Assembly: GCA_963665095.1 (NCBI GenBank)
Contig: OY762069.1
Span: 5,792,001-5,856,000 of the forward strand
Direction: 5' to 3'
Length of the DNA stretch: 64,000 bases
From: an uncultured Desulfobacter sp.
GTDB lineage: Bacteria; Desulfobacterota; Desulfobacteria; Desulfobacterales; Desulfobacteraceae
Shown: positions 31,805 to 40,800 of the stretch, piece by piece
How the letters are laid out: each line of letters begins with the position of its first letter
Position numbering within the stretch: the stretch's first letter is position 1
The notes under the pieces: model-generated
What the model saw: only the letters and a program-made list of their open reading frames with translations
Told to the model about the DNA's origin: nothing
The model's database searches: none
Position numbers and translations under genes: made by a program

Positions 31805-32593
31805 ATGACGCAGATTAAAAGAAATCCCTGTCTGCCATTTATGGAGATCAAAACAGGAGATGATACCGCCTATTCGGTGCGGGAACATTCACACAATGAA
31901 CTTTCCATAGGATTTGTGGAAGAGGGCAGCAGTCTTATTTCGTGTAAAAATCTTAAATTCGAACTTGATGTGAATTCCGCCATGGTGTTCCCCCCTGATA
32001 CCATCCATCTTTGTGAGCCTGAAGATAAAACCCGTTTCAGATTTTTAATGATCTATATCGACAGCCAGTGGTTTGTTTCTGAATTCGGGTTTGATGCCTC
32101 ATCCATAGCGCCGGAAGCAATTACGCTGACCAGCATGCAGGCTGGATTGAAAGACCGGTTTGTCTGTGAGTTTGAAGAGTTTGATGATCCGTTTTCAGGG
32201 ATCAGCAAAGCCATCAGTTTTATCGGGGCGGTCCTGTTTGAGATGTTTGGTATTGAGGAGCCGTGTGTCCCGCCTTCTGAAAATACAGGTGACCTATATG
32301 CCGTTAAAACCTTTATGGATGAGAACTTTATGGCGCCCCTGGGTCTTGATGAGCTGGCTTCACGCCATGGCACAAACAAATATTCTTTTTTAAGGCATTT
32401 CAAAAACAGGTACCGGCTGACACCCCATGCATATCTGCTCAATCTGCGGATCAATAAAGCCAGACAGCTGCTGCTGGAAAATCAAAGTGTGGCCCATACA
32501 GCTGCAGAGTGCGGTTTTTTTGATCAAAGTCATTTTGTTAAGGTATTTAGACAGTATGTGGGTATGAGTCCGGTTGATTATAAAAGCCCATGA
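31805..32593 (+). CDS. AraC family regulator
   Basis: HSH cupin N-terminus; LTPHAYL..RINKAR..GFFDQSHF. Confidence 0.93.
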   Translation: MTQIKRNPCLPFMEIKTGDDTAYSVREHSHNELSIGFVEEGSSLISCKNLKFELDVNSAMVFPPDTIHLCEPEDKTRFRFLMIYIDSQWFVSEFGFDASSIAPEAITLTSMQAGLKDRFVCEFEEFDDPFSGISKAISFIGAVLFEMFGIEEPCVPPSENTGDLYAVKTFMDENFMAPLGLDELASRHGTNKYSFLRHFKNRYRLTPHAYLLNLRINKARQLLLENQSVAHTAAECGFFDQSHFVKVFRQYVGMSPVDYKSP

Positions 32594-32690
32594 AATCTTT
32601 TCCCCTGGATTTGCGAAGGCCGCCAAATCAGGTGTTTCCGTCCTTTATCCCGAACCCTGTCCAGTTTTTTTCACGCCTGTCAATGGGCTG

Positions 32691-33566
32691 TTATGCCCTG
32701 TTTAAATGTAAAAACTTGCTGACAGCCTGACGTACTTCGGTGTTATGGGTAAAGATGGTCATGTGCTCTCCTCTCCGGGCAAGACAAAGTGTGCTGTTGG
32801 GCAGCCGTTGTGCCAGCCTTTTGCCGTGGGCTTCAAAGGGAACAATCGGGTCATCGGTTCCGTGGACCACAAGTGCCGGTGTTTTAATGCTTTCCAGCGG
32901 ATATTCTGTTTTTTGTGTTATCCGAATGTCATTCATAGTCCCTGGCATGCGTTCTGCCATCCGGTCAAGGGTGGCGTGGGTCAGTTCTCTGTAAAGAGTC
33001 ATCATTTCAGGATCATTGAGCATTTTTTCAGCAATGTCCGGGTGGGTGACGGATCTTTTGAGTGACCGGGCCATATTTTTGTCAAATTTTGCTTTCATTG
33101 ATTTGGCAAACAGGGGAATCCGGGCTGCAAGCCGCATAATGTGAAAGGCTGCGGGAACTGGCTCTGTAATTTTGCCGCCTGTTGTGGAGCATAGAATGAG
33201 AGATCTGCATCGTTCAGGGAAACGATGGGCAAAGGTGAGCGCTGAATAACCGCCGCCTGAGATGGCCATAATGATCACATTTTCCAATCCCAGTGTATCA
33301 AGCAGGGCCGCGATCAGATCGGCCTGGGCTTCAGGGCTTTCCTGTCCCTTGAGCGGGGTGCCGGGGTAGCCAGGCCTTGAGATGGCAAGATAGTTGCAGT
33401 GGGCAGGCCCCACTGCCCGGCCCAGGATATCTGACTGCTCATAGCCGCCCATGGCCCCATGGATGGTAACGATGGTGCAGGCAGATGGTGCCCCTTCTCT
33501 TACTCTGTGCAGATATTCAATGGGCCCGCGATCTGTCTGGGCAATGTGTGCCTTCTGTTTATACAT
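32691..33566 (-). CDS. Alpha/beta hydrolase
   Basis: HGAMGG, SRPGY, AISGGG nucleophile elbow, HGTDD, GEH. Confidence 0.9.
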   Translation of the reverse strand: MYKQKAHIAQTDRGPIEYLHRVREGAPSACTIVTIHGAMGGYEQSDILGRAVGPAHCNYLAISRPGYPGTPLKGQESPEAQADLIAALLDTLGLENVIIMAISGGGYSALTFAHRFPERCRSLILCSTTGGKITEPVPAAFHIMRLAARIPLFAKSMKAKFDKNMARSLKRSVTHPDIAEKMLNDPEMMTLYRELTHATLDRMAERMPGTMNDIRITQKTEYPLESIKTPALVVHGTDDPIVPFEAHGKRLAQRLPNSTLCLARRGEHMTIFTHNTEVRQAVSKFLHLNRA

Positions 33567-34212
33567 CTGTACTGTTCCTCTCAATTAAAAACATATGGTA
33601 AAGCAGTTCAAGGGGGGGCTGCCGGGCAGTTTTTCCATACATCACCTGGTGCTGGGCCATGCCGTTGATATTAACCCAGAAGAAGAAGGATAAGTCTTCA
33701 GAACGCCCGGGGCGGACAGTGCCCAGCTGCTGACCCTTTTCCATGATCTGAGCCATGACCTCATAGGGAATACGGCGTTTGGCATCAAGAATCTGTGCCG
33801 CCTCCTTCGGGATATTTTTTGCGGCAATGGCCTGGGTGACAAACAGATGATAGCGTCCTGCGTCCGGATTGGTGCGGATGGTTTTCACAAGTTCGTCAAT
33901 GGCATATTTGATTTTTTCATGGGGCAAAAGGGGCAGGGCGGCAAGGTGGCGGCAGGCCTGCTCAAGCCGGTCCAGGGCCGTGCGGATCAGTTCGGTATAG
34001 ATCTCTTCCTTTGAAGCAAAATAGTGGTAGACCAGGCCGTTTGACATGCCTGTGTGTCTGGCAATGTCGCTGATTTTTGTTCCCGGGGCACCGTTCAGTG
34101 AAAAAAGCTCAAGGGCACCGGCCAGAATTTTCTGCCGCCTCTCCTCTTTTACCTTCTCGTTGACTTCTTTATTTCTTCCCATAAGACCGCCTTTGCATTT
34201 TTCGGTGTTCAT
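33559..34212 (-). CDS. TetR family regulator (start may be 34182)
   Basis: TKISDIARHTGMSNGLVYHYFASKEE. Confidence 0.9.
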   Translation of the reverse strand: MNTEKCKGGLMGRNKEVNEKVKEERRQKILAGALELFSLNGAPGTKISDIARHTGMSNGLVYHYFASKEEIYTELIRTALDRLEQACRHLAALPLLPHEKIKYAIDELVKTIRTNPDAGRYHLFVTQAIAAKNIPKEAAQILDAKRRIPYEVMAQIMEKGQQLGTVRPGRSEDLSFFFWVNINGMAQHQVMYGKTARQPPLELLYHMFLIERNSTDV

Positions 34213-34242
34213 GCCATATGGAGATTTCAGGATTTAACACTG

Positions 34243-34260
34243 ATTGAATATTTATTCAAT
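34243..34260. promoter_or_regulatory. Palindromic TetR operator candidate
   Basis: ATTGAATA-TT-TATTCAAT just upstream of tetR. Confidence 0.55.
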
Positions 34261-34624
34261 GAAAAACTGGAAAAAGTTCTATTTGACAAACCATTTCAGT
34301 AGATGATAGTCAAGGCACCTGATTGATTTAAAATAATTATCAAAGGATTTTTTTGAACCTCAACTCAATGGATATTGTGCCGCATTCTGCTGATTAGAAC
34401 AGATCAGTGGCGGCATGCTGTCAGACTCAATTCATTTGACTGATTAAAATTACAGGATGCAAAGGCTTTGTTCTTTCTTGGGCAATGACCCTGTGCTCTT
34501 TTTGTTGAACTGTTCTCATCTGCAGGCCCCCTTTCATTGCACATAAAAAATAAAAAAAATCAGGCGAATTGCTCTTTCATGCAGCATTGCCTGACATTTG
34601 AAATTAAATTGAAAGGATTTAACA

Positions 34625-35075
34625 TTGAAAATCAGACAATCCAATAATGTCGACAGGTTACATATTGAAAAATTCATAACGCCGCATTTGGCAAAACCAA
34701 AGGCCCTGAAATCGCAGACCTTGTCAATGGCATGTTTGAAGACAGGACAGCCGAACCAAGACTCTCTCTTGTGGCTGAGGAAAACAGCAGACTGATCGGG
34801 CACATCCTTTTTCCAAAGTCAGGTTGTCCCACTCCCCAGTTCCGGTATCAGCAAGTATTTTAGCACCCCTTGCCGTGATTCCTGAACAACAGGCAACAGG
34901 CATTGGTGCCGCTTTAATAAAGCAAGGCCTTGCCCTGCTGAAAACATCCGGTGTGGAGCTGGTTTTTGTCCTGGGACACCCGGGGTATTATCCGCGTTCA
35001 GGTTTTACACCGGCCGGCGTGCTCGGATTTGATGCCCCCTATCCGATTCCTGTTTATTATGTAGATATATTTTAA
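34625..35075 (+). pseudogene. GNAT (YhbS-like) N-acetyltransferase, frameshifted near 34810 and 3'-truncated
   Basis: LSLVAEE..LIGHILF then LAPLAV..Q..GIG..VFVLGHPGYYPRSGF. Confidence 0.75.
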
Positions 35076-35084
35076 TGTGTTATC

Positions 35085-35245
35085 TTTGTTCGCGGCAATA
35101 TGTCCGGCACCATCTCCAGCCAGTCCGGGCACCAAATGGCCCAGCTGGGTGCTGAAATTGACAAACAGCTGGTTAAAAGATGTAATGAAAACAGGTGATG
35201 TATGAAGCCATCAAATGGGGTGAAAAGGGCGCGTGTGTGAAATCC
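35085..35245 (+). pseudogene. SDR oxidoreductase internal fragment
   Basis: ISSQSGH.. and KRCNE..YEAIKWGEKGA.. segments brought together by a deletion. Confidence 0.5.
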
Positions 35246-35374
35246 TTTGCCCCTTTCGGCCATACAGCGCCATTCATGTGGAAGGACATTGTCATCATCG
35301 GACTGCCTGAGCCGCAGATCAGGCAGTTAAATTTCTAAACGCGCCTGTTTTATCTGTTGCTATTATTTTAGAAC

Positions 35375-35397
35375 TTTGCTACTGTTTCAGTAGCAAA
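35375..35397. promoter_or_regulatory. Palindromic operator candidate (HxlR-type)
   Basis: TTTGCTACTG-TTT-CAGTAGCAAA upstream of the tautomerase-hxlR pair. Confidence 0.55.
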
Positions 35398-35423
35398 TGA
35401 CAAATAGATACAAGGAGAAAATA

Positions 35424-35624
35424 ATGCCTGTTATTACTGTGGGAATTCATCCCATTGACAAGGACCAGAAAGCCCATCTGATAAAAGAGCTCACTACCAC
35501 TGCCGCAGAAATCACAAGTGTTCCCGAGGATAAATTCGTGGTGTTCATTGACGAATTTGACAATGACTCCATTGGACTGGGCGGGAAAACACGTGCCCGG
35601 ATAATCTCTAAGGCGCCCATCTGA
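35424..35624 (+). CDS. 4-oxalocrotonate tautomerase family protein
   Basis: N-terminal Pro (MPVITV), QKAHLIKELT, IGLGG. Confidence 0.88.
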   Translation: MPVITVGIHPIDKDQKAHLIKELTTTAAEITSVPEDKFVVFIDEFDNDSIGLGGKTRARIISKAPI

Positions 35625-35625
35625 T

Positions 35626-36009
35626 ATGACGTCGCCTGCACCCGGGAAAAAAGTCAGGGGCTCAGAGTCCGGGTCTCCGCTCAACGCGCTGTTCGATCTG
35701 CTCGGACAGCGCTGGGCGCTGGGCATCCTCTGGTATCTCGGGGAAAATCCATGCACATTCAGAACCCTTCAGACCCGCTGCGGCGGAATCTCGCCATCGG
35801 TTCTCAACAGCCGCCTTAAAGCGCTGCGCCAGGCCGGTATTGTCGACAGGAACCTGGATGGCTATGTGTTGACGGAAAGAGGTCAGGAGCTGCGTTCTTT
35901 TATTGTGCCCCTTGCAAAATGGTCGGCCCGATGGTCAAAAGAGGTCTATGGGTATGAGCGGCCCGGCATGGCGGAAAGAATTATCCGGGAGGATGGCGAT
36001 CCGTCCTGA
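35626..36009 (+). CDS. HxlR-family winged-helix regulator
   Basis: DLLGQRWALGIL..ISPSVLNSRLKAL..YVLTERG. Confidence 0.9.
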   Translation: MTSPAPGKKVRGSESGSPLNALFDLLGQRWALGILWYLGENPCTFRTLQTRCGGISPSVLNSRLKALRQAGIVDRNLDGYVLTERGQELRSFIVPLAKWSARWSKEVYGYERPGMAERIIREDGDPS

Positions 36010-36037
36010 ACTCTTTTGACTTATAATTCATATCAAC

Positions 36038-36067
36038 GAAGACCCCGGGCAAACGCCCGGGGTCTTC
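36038..36067 (+). terminator. GC-rich hairpin after hxlR
   Basis: GAAGACCCCGGGC-AAAC-GCCCGGGGTCTTC. Confidence 0.6.
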
Positions 36068-36264
36068 TCTTCAATTCCTGAATAGTTCCTGATCCCTTCA
36101 CTAAGGCGTATCTGACAGAGGCTTATCTGCCAGTTCCCCTGTCGAATGACTGTCTAACTCTATTTCATAATGTTTCGCAGAATCAGGCAAGAACCCTGGA
36201 GGATCGGTCTACCCCAGTTGCCGGATTCTGCCTTAAATGCAAAAAGTGAAATTTTATGTCCCGG

Positions 36265-36425
36265 ATCAATAATACCATCCGGGCCGTGGACGCCCTGGGG
36301 GCATGAAAAGATTTGCTTCAAAGCAGGCAAAAGTGGCGTTGCTGATCAACTCCAATCAGAGTAATCCGGGCGCTTTCGTAAAACCGGACATTGTCCTAGG
36401 CGTGGTCCGGATGTGTCTTGATGCC
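36265..36425 (+). pseudogene. DUF362-family fragment
   Basis: RAVDAL(G)GMKRF..KVALLINS..PDIVLGVVRMCLDA. Confidence 0.5.
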
Positions 36426-36652
36426 ATGGAGATGCTTACCTCCAACGGTCCTTCCGGTTCAGGCAGCCTTACCCGGTCCCAGCGGGTTTTCGCAGCATTG
36501 ATGCCCTGGCCGCAGATTGTTATGGTGGCGATCTTTCAGGCCTTGCCGGCAAAGAGATCCTGGCCGGATGGCCTGTGAACACGGTTTGGGGCGGCTGGAT
36601 TTATCAAAGGTGACTATCTCTGAGGTGACGCTTTGAAAAATATACTGCTTTT

Positions 36653-36707
36653 GTAACTATTCAGCAAAAAAAATGACATCAAATGCATTTTTTTGCTGAA
36701 TAGTTAC
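36653..36707. mobile_element. 55-bp miniature inverted-repeat element
   Basis: GTAACTATTCAGCAAAAAAA..TTTTTTTGCTGAATAGTTAC terminal inverted repeats, short spacer. Confidence 0.6.
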
Positions 36708-36732
36708 GATCAGTGCTGACAACCGGCCGATT

Positions 36733-37590
36733 TTGCAAAAAACCGCCGTTCCCGTGGCCGTGGAACGTGACGGCTTTTTTCCGGGCCCCGGGGAAAAAGT
36801 TGCCTTTAGATGTTATTCATCTGGGAAAAAAATGGGTTCCCTCATGATGATTTATTTTCACGGCGGCGGATGGGTGCCGGGTGGTCTTGACTCCCATGAC
36901 AATGTCTGCCGTTTCCTGGCCCATAAAACAGATTCCATCATTATTTCCGTGGACTACCGCCTTGCCCCGGAAGCTGTATTCCCTGCGGCGGCGGATGACG
37001 CCTATGCCGCCCTGGAATGGGTCTACCGGTATGCCGACACCCTGAAAGCCGACCCGTCCAAAATCATTGTGGCCGGAGACAGTGCCGGCGGCAACCTGGC
37101 GGCCGCGGTTGCTTTAATGTCACGGGATAAAAAGGGGCCTAAGGTGTCCGCCCAGGTCCTGATCTATCCTGCCACCAACCCGTCGGCCATGGATACCCAA
37201 TCCTATCAGCAGTTTGCCAAAGGCTATTTTCTGACAAAATTCTATATGGAGCATTTCAGGGCATTGTACCTTCCCGACGGCAAAACCTGGGAAAACGTCT
37301 ATGCTTCCCCGTTGCTTGCAGACTCTTTCAAGGATCTGCCCCCGGCCGTTGTGATTACGGCCGGGTTTGACCCCCTTAAAGATGACGGGCGTTTATATGC
37401 AAAGAAATTAGAAAAAGCAGGCGTCCTTGTATCTTACATCTGTTTTGATCAAATGATGCACGGGTTTGTTTCCATGGACCGTTTTTTTGACGAAGCCGAA
37501 CAGGCCGTTGACACCATCGCAACCCGGCTTAAATTGTTCATATCAACGCAGGGAAAAAGCGATGGGGTTTTACCTCCGTGGGCAAACTGA
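36733..37590 (+). CDS. HSL-family esterase/lipase, probably 5'-truncated
   Basis: HGGGW, DYRLAPE, GDSAGG, DPL, HGF; no clear start or RBS. Confidence 0.85.
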   Translation: MQKTAVPVAVERDGFFPGPGEKVAFRCYSSGKKMGSLMMIYFHGGGWVPGGLDSHDNVCRFLAHKTDSIIISVDYRLAPEAVFPAAADDAYAALEWVYRYADTLKADPSKIIVAGDSAGGNLAAAVALMSRDKKGPKVSAQVLIYPATNPSAMDTQSYQQFAKGYFLTKFYMEHFRALYLPDGKTWENVYASPLLADSFKDLPPAVVITAGFDPLKDDGRLYAKKLEKAGVLVSYICFDQMMHGFVSMDRFFDEAEQAVDTIATRLKLFISTQGKSDGVLPPWAN

Positions 37591-37871
37591 TCACGATTTT
37601 TTTTGTCTTGATTGCAAACTCCTCCAGCGCCCTGAGCGCTGTGGCGTCTATCATCAGAATGCGGCAAAGCAGGGGCTCCGGGATTCGATAGCGGCCTGAC
37701 CAATAGGCAAACAGCTGTATTCATGGCTGCTTTTTGCTGGCGATACATTTCATCGGCTTTTTTCGTAAGATTTCGCTGAAGTTTTTTATCTTGTTTTTTC
37801 AAGAAGCAACGAAGTAATCGGCAAAATTTACGGTTTTCGGTCGGGCTCTAAATAGCCATGAAATGTCCGGG

Positions 37872-40800
37872 CTATACGCCCCCAAGATCTATCTTGAGTG
37901 TCCGGCAAAGTTCTTCCAGGGTCTGTTTGGCCTGATCAAATTCATATCCGCTGATCTGCCGGGACATTTGATCAAGCATCTCCCGGCCTTCCCCAACGCT
38001 GTTTGTCAATTGTCTGACCAGGTCTGAAGCTGCCGTGTCATCCTCGTTTAACAGTGCTGCTAATTCATGGAGCAGCGGCTGGATGGATTGGGTATCTGCC
38101 GGGTTGTCCCGGGAACCGGTTTCAGGGTCCTTGTTTTTTTCAAGTTGGCTTACTGCCTGGATGACCTGTTGCAAATGTCCGGAAAAAACGGGCAGAATTG
38201 ATTTTGCTGTTTGGATATCTGCCGATTTTAAGGCAGCATCCAGGTCTGACGCGGTTTCAAACAATGGCTGTGCGCTGATATTGCCTGCCACACCTTTAAT
38301 TGTGTGGGCAAGTCGCCGGGCGGTTTCCAAATCATTTTCCCCGAGGGCCTGTTCAAGTTTTATATCTGTTTGTGCCTGGTTAACGGCAAATTTTTTCAAC
38401 AGCGCCCTGTACAGGCCGGCATCTCCCGCCAGACGTTCCAGTCCCTGGCGGGCATCAATGCCTTCCAGGTCTTTAAACTGGTCATATGCCTTGTTCTCCG
38501 GCATGTTCTCCCGATCAGCAGTCCTCTCCTGTTCCGTGGAAAGCCCCTTAGGTGTTTTCTTTACCCACTTATGAAGAACATTGAGCAGCTCCCGGACATT
38601 GATGGGTTTTGCCACATGGTCATTCATTCCGGCTGCCAGGGCTTTTTCCCGGTCTCCGGCCATGGCGTTGGCTGTGGCGGCAATAATGGGCAGATCCTTA
38701 AATGCATCATTTTCCCGTATGGCCCGGCTGGCCGCATATCCGTCCATTTCCGGCATATGAATATCCATGAGCACGGCATCATAGGCCTTTTTTTGAACCG
38801 CTTCCACGGCCAAGCGTCCGTTGCCGGCAATATCAACGATAAATCCGCTGTTTTCCAGAATCCCTTTTGCCACCTGCTGATTGACTTCATTGTCTTCGGC
38901 CACCAAAAGCCTTGTCCCCCGGACAGCCTGCATTCCTTGCAGGGCACTGTCTTTTTGATGCATCCCCACCCGGAAGTCGGCTTTTACGCCCAGTGCCGCC
39001 ATTATGGTGTTGAACAGCAGGCTGGGAGAGACAGGCTTGACCAGATACCCGTCAAGCCCCATGGCAGCGGTATTCTGCATCAGCTCCTCCCTGGCATAGG
39101 CCGAGACCATGATCACCCTGGGTACATTCATTTTCATGGTCTCCCTGATCTTTCTGGATGCATGCAGCCCGTCCATGCCCGGCATCTGCCAGTCCATGAG
39201 CACCAGCTTAAAGGGATCATCCTTTTCAACGGCCTCTAATTCGGCAAGGCCGGCCATGGCACCATCTGCCTGGGTCACCCTGAAGGACATGGACTCAAGC
39301 ATGGTGGACAGCACCGTGCGGCTGATATAATTATCATCCACCACCAGCACCTTGCTTTGGTAAAGTTCGGAATCCGGTTCCAGGGAACAGGCCGGTGTCT
39401 TGCCTGCCTTTTCAAGGCAAACGGTAAAAAAGAAGGTGGTGCCCCGGCCGGACTCACTTTCCACCCAGATACGGCCGTTCATCATCTCCACCAGGGATTT
39501 GCTGATAACAAGGCCAAGTCCTGTGCCCCCGTATTCCCGGGTGGTGGAGGTATCAGCCTGGGAAAAGGCCCGGAACAGCTTTGCCTGCTGTTCGTCGGTC
39601 ATGCCGATGCCGGTGTCCTGGACAAAAAATTTGAGTTCAACATCATCTTTACTTTCCCTGATCAGGGAACATCCCAGGACAATTTCACCGTTTTCGGTAA
39701 ATTTAACGGCATTGTTGGTCAGGTTGATCAATATCTGCCCCAGCCTTAAAGGATCACCAAGGAACAGCCACGGCAGGGCCGGCCCGATATTAAAAACCAC
39801 TTCAAGCCCCTTTTGCTGTGCCTTGACTCCCACCAGGGTGGTGACATTATCCAGGACTTCGTCAAGGGAAAATTCAATGGTCTCCATACTCAGTTTGCCG
39901 GCCTCAATCTTGCTGAAATCAAGGATATCGTTGATAACCCCCAAAAGCGCTTTTGAACTGTTCTGTATTTTTTTAATATAATCAGACTGCAGATCGTCCA
40001 GCGGTGTCTGCAACGCCAGGTAGGCAAACCCGATAACTGCGTTTAAAGGGGTCCGGATTTCATGGCTCATATTGGCTAAAAATTCACTTTTGGCACGGGT
40101 GGCTTCTTGGGCGATCTGTGTGGCCCTGGCAAGATCTGCGGTACGTTCGACAACCAGGGCCTCCAGGTGGTCTTTGTAATCGTTGAGCTCCTGTTCCGCC
40201 TGTTTGAGTTTGGTGATATCCTTGGTAATGGCGGCAACACCAATGGGTTTGCCGTCATCATTGTGGAGCAGGGCAAAGGTTAAAAGAACCGAAACAATGG
40301 TGCCGTCCTTTTTTTTTCGCCGCCACTCCACATCCCGGACGATTTCCCCGTCCAGGCAGCGTTTGAATAGCCGGCTTCCCTGTTCATAGATCTCTTTGGG
40401 TACAATCATTGAAATTGATTCGCCCAAAAGTTCCTGTCTTGAATACCCGTAATCTCTAACCGTGGCGTCATTTACCTCTATAATGCGGTGTGAAAGATCA
40501 AGTACCTGGATGGGATCTTTGGTGTTCTCAAATATTTTAGCCATCAGGTTAAACTCACGTTCCGCCTTTTTCTGGCTGGTGATGTCCTTGGATATACTGG
40601 CAATCCCTGAAACCTGGTTGTCCTCATCCAAGACCGGTTCAAGGGACATATACACCCATGCCCGGGTGTCATCTTTTTTGCGTATGCGCACCCCGAACTC
40701 CTGGCGGCCGGCACCATGCCGGGCCAGGTCATTGTGCCGGTCGTACAGGTCCAGGTCCCGGGAATCTATCAATGGGCGGGGGTAGTCGGCCATTTCCATG

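Noticed and set aside
35190..35330. Cobalamin-riboswitch-like words (GGTGAAAAGGG, GAAATCC, GCCA, GGAAGG)
   Set aside because: Core AGGGAA and GCAACTGT elements are missing; the first part translates as an SDR fragment (YEAIKWGEKGA) and no B12 gene follows
36430..36500. PLEVSISM on the minus strand, resembling a GGDEF-domain strand
   Set aside because: Too short and surrounded by stops to call
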